A stretch of DNA of 64,000 nt from the human T2T-CHM13v2.0 reference genome, Homo sapiens: the NCBI RefSeq assembly GCF_009914755.1, contig NC_060927.1; one strand, 5' to 3'. The notes under the pieces are model-generated. The model had not been told where the DNA came from, made no database searches, and worked only from the letters and a program-made list of their open reading frames with translations. The position numbers and the translations under genes were made by a program. Below, piece after piece: positions 56,775-64,000 of the stretch. How positions within the stretch are numbered: position 1 is the stretch's first letter; each line of letters starts with the position of its first letter.

Positions 56775-58290
56775 TAGATGTACCATACTTTAATCCCCTA
56801 TCAAGGGACACCTAGATTGATCCTAACCTTTTCTATAACAAAAGGCACTTCAATAGAATGCATTATATATATGACATTTATTACCTGTAAAAATATCTGA
56901 GTCTAAATTTCTCAAAGGAAAATACTTGGCTCAAATGGTCTTTGCTTTTATATTTTCAATAGATATTCCAAATTGCCTTCAAACAGAGGTTGTATCAGTT
57001 CAGATTCCTAGACAGAATGTATGTAAGCCTATTCTCCAGAGCTTCACCAGCAGATTGTGTTAAGCTTTCAGATTTTGTTGCTTTGATAGGTGAAAAATGG
57101 CACGAGTATAGTTTTAATTATATTTCTCTTATGAGTAGAGTTGATATTTTTTGTGTCATTGGTCAAGAGCCATTGTGTGCTTAATTTATTGTACTTTCTT
57201 TGCCGTGCTCAAACTGTTCATCTTTTTTCTGACTTTTCTATTAAGTTGTTGGTCATATTCTGATCGATTTCTAGAGGTCCTCATAGATAAGGAAGGCACA
57301 AGTTGTAAACAAATTAGAATGTAAGGTACAAGAAAGCAGAGCTTTTGTCAGTTTTAGTCACTGATAATAACCCTCAATATTCCATAAGTGTCTGACATAT
57401 AAATTAGTCTTTATTCACAAGTGAATTACAAAATGTTTTCCTAGTCATTTGTATTTTGACTTTTCTTATGTTGATTTTTGCTATGCAAGTCCTTTTTAAA
57501 AAATGTATGTGGTTGAATTCATCAATCTTTTAAAGCTTCTAGATTTTAAGAAATATTTAATAAGACCTCCTCTACTCTTAGGTTATAATGTAGTTCTTGT
57601 GTGTTTTCTTCCAGCGATTTCATAATTCCATTTTTCCTCACTTAAATCAATGCATTTGAGATTTTTCTTGGTATATGGTGTATGAGATAGATTCAACTTC
57701 TTCTTTTTTGCTTTCTGGACTAGCACTTGATTTTACCAGTTGTATTGCGTAGTCCATCTCTTCTATTGCAACTTTCCTACTTCCAGTGTGGAATGCCTCC
57801 TTTGCTTGCTGTTTGTATGTATAAAAGCTACTGATATCTGCATAATAATTGCCCTCTAGTTTTTAGCAGAACATTTGTTAGCTTAATATTTGAGTTACTC
57901 CTAAATTTTCTAGGTATGTGTTATTATCCATATCATCTACAAAAGAGTAATTGTTTTGCTACCTCCTTTTTTGGTAACAGCTTTATTTAGTTGTAATTCA
58001 CATACCATAAAATTCACCTTACCACCTCCTTTTAAAATTTGTTAAGATACAACATCTTCCTCTCTCTTAATTTTATTTTCAATAAGTGTTAAATAAAAGT
58101 GATGAGAAGGGCTTCCTTATTTTGTTCCTACCTTTAGTTAGAAACGAGTCTAGTGCTGTCCTATTGTTTGATGCTGGCTTTTGAGTTGAGAAAAGCATAG
58201 TTTTATAATGCCAAGAATGAATTTATTCCCATTTTTTGAATGTCTTAAAAATCATACATTGCAAAATGTGTCAAATATCTTAAGCATGAC
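56775..58290 (-). mobile_element. Ancient L1ME-like fragment
   Basis: GATGTACCATA..GGGACACCTAGATTG..CCAAATTGCCTTC..TTTGATAGGTGAAAAATGG..TTTTCTTGGTATATGGTGTATGAGATAG. Confidence 0.65.
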
Positions 58291-58809
58291 TTTGACTCTC
58301 AGCTGTTATGTCCAGCATATGTGTTCTTTTCTCCCTGTTCTATTTTGCTTTTCATTCTCCATCCTTCCATGACTCTCACCTTCCTGATGAAGGTATGTTG
58401 CATTTCACCCATTTGGCTCCTGTGAAGACCTTAGCCACTTGGGCATCTCTTACATACTTCTTACTCAGCACATTGTATCTATCACCTACTTTCACCACAA
58501 AAGGAGTTACTAGTTTGTTGTTTTTGATTTTTTATTTTATTTTATGTTTGCATTCATCTTTTTGCTTTAGTATGCTATCCAGAAGAAAAAGAAGGGAATT
58601 GCTGTCTCATACCATCATGCTCATACAGAAACTAAACGCTTTCTAAAATATAAGCATTGCCAGAGAAAAATTATGCGACCAAACTGTTTATCCTCAAGTG
58701 GACACCTGTCACTGGCCAGTTATCTCTTCATTTTTTCCTGGTGAGAAGGCTGTCCTGTTACCCACAACAACTGCTACATCCCTTCCTCATTCTCCTTAAA
58801 TAAGATAGC

Positions 58810-59270
58810 TAATCTCTTAATGCACGCATGCAACATTCCAGGCACCGTTCTATGTTCTTCCTAAGCATCATCTCATTTTATCTTTCTAGCATACCTGTGA
58901 GGTGGCACCAGGGAGCAGGGGAGTGGCATGGTTTAGGGTAGGCTCTAAAGCTAGATAACCTGCTCTAAACCCCACGCTGGCCACCTGCTTTTAACCTTCT
59001 ATTCTTGCTTCTGCAGCCACAAACTAAGGATAATATTAGCATCTACTTCAGGGCTTGTATAGAACATATGAGAGAACAGATTAGTACCCAGGATGTAGCA
59101 CGACATTAAATACTCTGAGATATAAGAGAATAGTGCCCAGAATAAGCACTCACTACGTGTTGTGAGATTGCTACTGTTCTCCCACCTTCACTGATGAGAG
59201 AAGACAGTTAAATAACTTACCTATTGTTCTACAGCTACTAAATGATGAAACCACCAAATCAAGCCAATTA
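58810..59270. mobile_element. Nested MIR fragments (sense MIR inside an antisense MIR)
   Basis: CCAGGCACCGTTCTATG..TCTCATTTTATC, then GCATGGTTTAGG..GGCTCTAAAGCTAGAT..GCACTCACTAC, then CTGATGAG..TTAAATAACTTACC. Confidence 0.5.
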
Positions 59271-59297
59271 TTCTCCACAGCCTCTGTTATTATACAC

Positions 59298-59761
59298 TAT
59301 ATTAGTTTGCCATGGTTGCCATTAGAAAGTACCACAAACTGGGTACTTGAACAACAGAAATTTACAGTTATGGAGGCTAGAAGTCCAAGATCAAGCTATA
59401 GGCAGCAGTGGTTCCTTCGAAGGGCTATGAGGGAGGATCTGTCTCATACCTCTCTCCTTGCTTCTAGTGGTTTGCTAACAAACTTGGTGTTCCTTGGTTT
59501 GTAGATAATGTATCACCCTAATATCTGCCTTTATCTTCATGTGCCCTTCTCTCTGTGTGAGTGAATAGGTCTAAATTTCACTTTTTATAAGGACACCAGT
59601 CATGTTGAATTAGGGGCTCACCCTACTCCAGCATGACCTGATCCTAACTTAACTGATTAAATCCGCAATGTCACCATTTCCCAACAAGGTCACATCCTGG
59701 GGCAGTGGGGGTTAGGACTTCAATATTCACATTTTAGGGAACCCCAATTCAACCCATACGA
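59298..59761 (-). mobile_element. MLT1B/MLT1C-like solo LTR
   Basis: TATTAGTTTGCC..AGTACCACAAACTGGGT..GGAGGCTAGAAGTCCAAGATCAAG..TATAAGGACACCAGTCAT..AATTCAACCCATA. Confidence 0.88.
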
Positions 59762-59801
59762 TATAAAGTATCATACAGAACTGTGCTCCCTCCCCCTCCA
59801 C

Positions 59802-60296
59802 TGTTAGGCTTTTTTAAAATTTTTTTTTATTTTTTAAGGGAAGGCAAGGGTTAAAGAAAGACACACAAACAGAGAGAAGGCTGCTCAAACAGCAAGACAG
59901 GTATATTGCAGACGCCTGCAGTATTGGGGGACCAGCTTAACGCCAGAGCCCACCACCACTTACAGGCTGGGGTACTTACAGGTATGTGTGGGAGGGGTCT
60001 AGGCAGTATGGCTTGCTGCTTGGCAGGATATTGATAAGATGTTCTCATGAGGAGGCAGTTTTGGCCCTTGTTTCCATAGAATATGATAGTGGTGTTCCTT
60101 GGACCTTTGCCCAGCAGGGTGTGATAGGGATGTCTCTTTAGTTGGGCCTCTGTCTTTAGTTGGGCCTTTGTCTGCCTTGTGGTCAGGTGGTTAGACAGGA
60201 TGTTTCTTACGGCCCGAACCCCCATGAAATATTTCACTTTGACCAAAGTCTGCAAAATAGCAGGGAGCTTACAAAATGGTGCAGTGTGGACTAACA
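59802..60296 (-). mobile_element. ERVL solo LTR, LTR18-like
   Basis: Minus strand begins TGTTAGTCCACACTGCACCATTTTGTAAGC and ends CCTAACA; 5-bp TSD TCCAC/TCCAT at 59797-59801 and 60297-60301. Family name is from memory. Confidence 0.75.
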
Positions 60297-63264
60297 TCCA
60301 TGACTGCTAATGTGTTCTTAGTGCTGCCGATGTGCCAATCACCTTTCTGAGAGCTTTCGGATAAAATCTTCACTTCATCCTCACAGAATCCTATGAATGA
60401 AGTCCTCTCATTATCTTTATTTGAATACAGAAGCTGAGCCACACGTAGGTAGATATTCTATCATGTTTCCCACTCCCCATGGCCCTCTCTAAGGCTTGCA
60501 AATCACAGACAAAATAAGCCATCAGACAGGATTCTCTCAGGCTCCCGTCTGCACCTCTGCACACACCTCCTCTTCCATCTGTGCTCTTGCCATCAAGGGA
60601 ACATCCTGACCCAAATGGCTGGGAATCATATTTCAAGAATTACCCTGTCTCTCCTTCAGCATCAATAAATAATCACAGAAATCAATGTAAAATAAATTAA
60701 CATAAGTGCTACAAAAAGAAAAGAGGTCATGAGAGAAACAACAAGCCAGTGGGGCCAGTGTGCTGTGGGAAAGGCAGTGGCACTAGATGAAGCCAGGGAG
60801 GTGAGCAAAGCCAAGCTAAGGGTCTTGCACTGCACTGTTAAGAGGATCTGTTTTGTCCCCACTAGAGTGGGAAAGCATTCTAGGGAAAGGCATGGCCAGT
60901 TGACATAGAAGCAGAGGATTATAACAATGTGGCAAATGCTCTAATTGCTTTTGAGCCCAGTATTGTGAGAACACAGAGGAAAGATGAGAGCTCTGTAAGT
61001 GGCACCAGGAAGATTTTCTCAGCGCAAATACTTGATTTGCCAAATGAGAGATCAGTAGAGAGTTATCCTCGAAGGTGACATAGGCTTAATTACATTCTTT
61101 GCCCCTTCACAGCAATAAGGTGCTATCATCTTATTGTATAAATACATATTAAACAGGGTCCTTTGGGCCATTAATTCTGATTTTTGTTTACCTCATACAC
61201 TTAAAATAAAGAATGAATTCAATCACAGTAACAACATGGAAGTCCTACATTGAACAGAATCTAGGGTGTCAAACAAATAATAACATTTTAGCCAAGCTAG
61301 CTTCAGAGCCCAGAAAACAGCCACATTAAAACAAGCAAGTGAACATGATGGGGAATGTGTGGCAAGAAAGAGCCCATGAAACCACAGAAGTAGAGTGGGG
61401 ACAGCCATGTGTGGGCAACAGGCCCCGGGGATGGGCACCGGAGCCCCAGTCCTGGTTTTGCCACTGCCCTGTGACACTAAGCAAGTTACTGCTGGGGCAT
61501 AAACGCATAGGGGGCCTGACGATTTCCAATGTCCCGCTGGGCTTCAACATTCAGGGTGTCTCCGAGTCAGTGGGCTCCTCCTCGGGATGGCTAATTTGAC
61601 AATGGGTAGTTATAATGGCAAGCTGGAAAGAGGAAAATGGGAGTTGACGGTTTATTCTTATTTGCTTCTAGAGGAAAGTATTCAGGTTCCTTTTTTCTCC
61701 CCACTCATGGTTCAGATTCTTGGGTTCAGACAGTGTCTTTTCACGGGTGGGAGGAGTCATGAGAGATCAAAACCTTAGCACAGATGTGTATGGCAAGCTT
61801 TTCTTTTATTTCTGTCCTTTCTTCTAGAATGATGAACCAGCCTAAGGCCAGGTCGTCTCTCATGGAGACCCTCTTTCCTACCTTGCAACTCACCACCAAG
61901 TCTCAGAACCACACCTTCTCACTTTCTTTGTCTCGATAAATTACTAGGCGAGTAATTACCTCACCGTCTCTCTCAGTAGAGTGCTAAGGTCTGACCCATG
62001 GTCTGGGGCCAGGGCTGTGATATAGACTGTGACGTCCTCTCCATTGTTTCTTCTGAAGCTGCTTAGGAAGTAATAGACCACCCACACATGGTGCCGCTCT
62101 TCAGCCCCTTGTGTTAGTTTGGGACCTAAACTCTGATCAGGAACTCTTGGCTGGCTGGAGGGCCTTCAGTCCCTTCCTCTCTTTCAGGGAACTTGTGAGG
62201 ACCACTGATCAGCAGTAGATGAGATGTAGACATGCTTGCATTATCTGGCTAAATGACAATCTAGTCATACCCGGGTTTTTCTGAATCTACCAATATTGGC
62301 AAGATTAGCATTTTAAAAAACCCTGTTTCTAATAACCGCTTCCCTTGGGAAATCAACCTTTTCTTACTCCTCAGATTCTCTGCACTTGGCGTAACTCCTA
62401 CAAATAGTCATGTCTTTTTCATTACACTAAAATACATACCTAAGTCAGTTAAACAGCTAGAAAAAGAAGTAGAACAAGCTATGGTTGCTGATGAGTTACC
62501 ATGGAAACAAAATCCAGACTGGAATCCACTTCCAGTCTCCCCTGGGTTGGTAACTCATAGACCTAATCTGCATTGAAGCAGCAAAAAGAAAGATCAGAAT
62601 GTAGTCAACTTCCAATTGTCTTCACGTTTATATATATAGCGTGGTCAGACAATTTTAAAAACAAACAAACGAAAAACCTTTATATTGCAAATACTGAATC
62701 ATAAGCTTCACATAGCCATGTTCATAAGCCATGTTTTTCATCACCTGATTTGTTATAATGTCAATACCGTTGTTCCACCAATCCCAGTTTTACGGGTCAG
62801 TATAATATGTAAAAAGCTCCAAAGAACATAGTTCTGCAGATGTTCTGCAGTCATAAACTTTATAATTAAATAGGTAAAAGGTATAATAAAATAGGTACAA
62901 GATCTAATGTACATCTTGCACACTGAAATGGAAAATCCTGTGCCATGCTGTCTTCAATTTAAAATAAAACACCTCTTTTTTCATCATTCCTTCATGTACT
63001 GGAAAACTGTATTGGGAGCTACTCCCAAATATATTTATATGAAAACAAATATGACAAATTCCTCCCTTATGCCATTGCTTTCAGGGCTGCACTAAGTCTG
63101 TGCTGCTAGGCCATCATAGAGAAATCTCATAGTGGGAGAATTCAGGTAATATGTTTCCTTTCTGCGTAGTATCTTATGAAGCAGATGCCTCATTAATATC
63201 AAATGATGAGCCAACAACTCCCCTTTGGCTTCCTGTAGGAGCCACTATCTGGGTCCACACTCAC

Positions 63265-63543
63265 CTAACAGAGCGTCCCCCCATGGGAAACTGATAAAAT
63301 TTATCACAATAATGGATTTTCTTCCAATATGACATTTGTACCTTGGAGCGAAGTGACTATAGATCATCTTGATGTTCTTTTTCAATTTTACTAGGTAAAT
63401 ACTGAACCATTGATGATCTAATATTTCAGCAATCCTTCTTTTACAAGTCCTTGTAGGACACTGAGTATCACACTCCCAAGATGAAACTGTTGGAAGCGTC
63501 TTGCTGTGCATATACAAACAGCCATGTGACATTACTCACAGTT
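63265..63543 (-). other. Candidate exon A (279 nt) of a minus-strand spliced transcript
   Basis: Acceptor ...GCTTGCTTTCCAG|, donor TAG|GTGAGT; contains the ATG at 63532 of the 95-codon ORF. Confidence 0.35.
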
Positions 63544-63755
63544 CTGGAAAGCAAGCTCCAGTAATGGGAGAAATGCAGCCCAGTTGACATTACATTTACT
63601 GCAGAAACCAGTGTCTCCTGGACTGAACAGTCCTCATGTGCATCAGCAAACAAATAAAAGCAAAGCTTCAGATCTCTTTAAATCGCAGTAAACGAATCAT
63701 CTGGTCTTTACATTTTCAAGCGAGGAGGCGCCTTAAGCTTCCCCCAGTAAAACCT

Positions 63756-63844
63756 CTTTTCTATTATTATTATACTTTAAGTTTTAGGGTACATGTGCAC
63801 AATGTGCAGGTAAGTTACCTATGTATACATGTGCCATGCTGGTG
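63756..63844 (-). mobile_element. Tiny 3'-terminal fragment of a young L1PA
   Basis: TTATTATACTTTAAGTTTTAGGGTACATGTGCACAATGTGCAGG..ATACATGTGCCATGCTGGTG, the reverse complement of the L1PA2-4 3' end. Confidence 0.92.
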
Positions 63845-64000
63845 ACTTGGTTAGATGATTTGCTTAAAGATACTCAGGAAACTAATGAGAAAATCGAAAT
63901 GAGGAACCATTTTTTTTTTTTTTTCAAAATACAACTTTCTCCCAACAAACTAAATTCTTATGCCTAAGATTGCACAGGAATTCAAACGGGGTCATTCAGT

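Noticed and set aside
62516-62538. 9-bp hairpin AGACTGGAA-tccac-TTCCAGTCT
   Set aside because: Too short for a pre-miRNA and expected by chance in 64 kb
63400-63445. RRIAEILDHQWF resembles the protein-kinase subdomain XI tail
   Set aside because: No upstream kinase motifs (HRD, DFG, APE) in any frame I read; treated as coincidence

Overview
This is AT-rich primate (most likely human) genomic DNA that is largely intronic or intergenic, and roughly half of it is recognisable transposon-derived sequence. It carries a 5'-truncated young L1PA (about 3.95-6.6 kb, 16-bp TSD) and a four-layer nested L1/Alu cluster (12.4-20.1 kb). It also has several Alus, solo LTRs (THE1, MST, MLT1, LTR18-like), MER2/Tigger3/MER58/MER5/MER81 DNA-transposon relics, and MIR/L2/L3 fragments. 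I recognise no intact protein-coding gene, RNA gene or CRISPR; most ORFs in the track are repeat-derived or chance. The most interesting non-repeat signal is a series of short minus-strand segments with strong splice acceptor/donor pairs (63.3k, 53.7k, 51.4k, 46.3k, 27.7k, 23.9k, plus an acceptor at 20.6k). These can be joined into open reading frames of 153 or 224 aa, suggesting a multi-exon lncRNA or de novo ORF transcript across the window. This is inference and needs RNA evidence. Subfamily names come from recalled consensus sequences and should be confirmed with RepeatMasker/Dfam.
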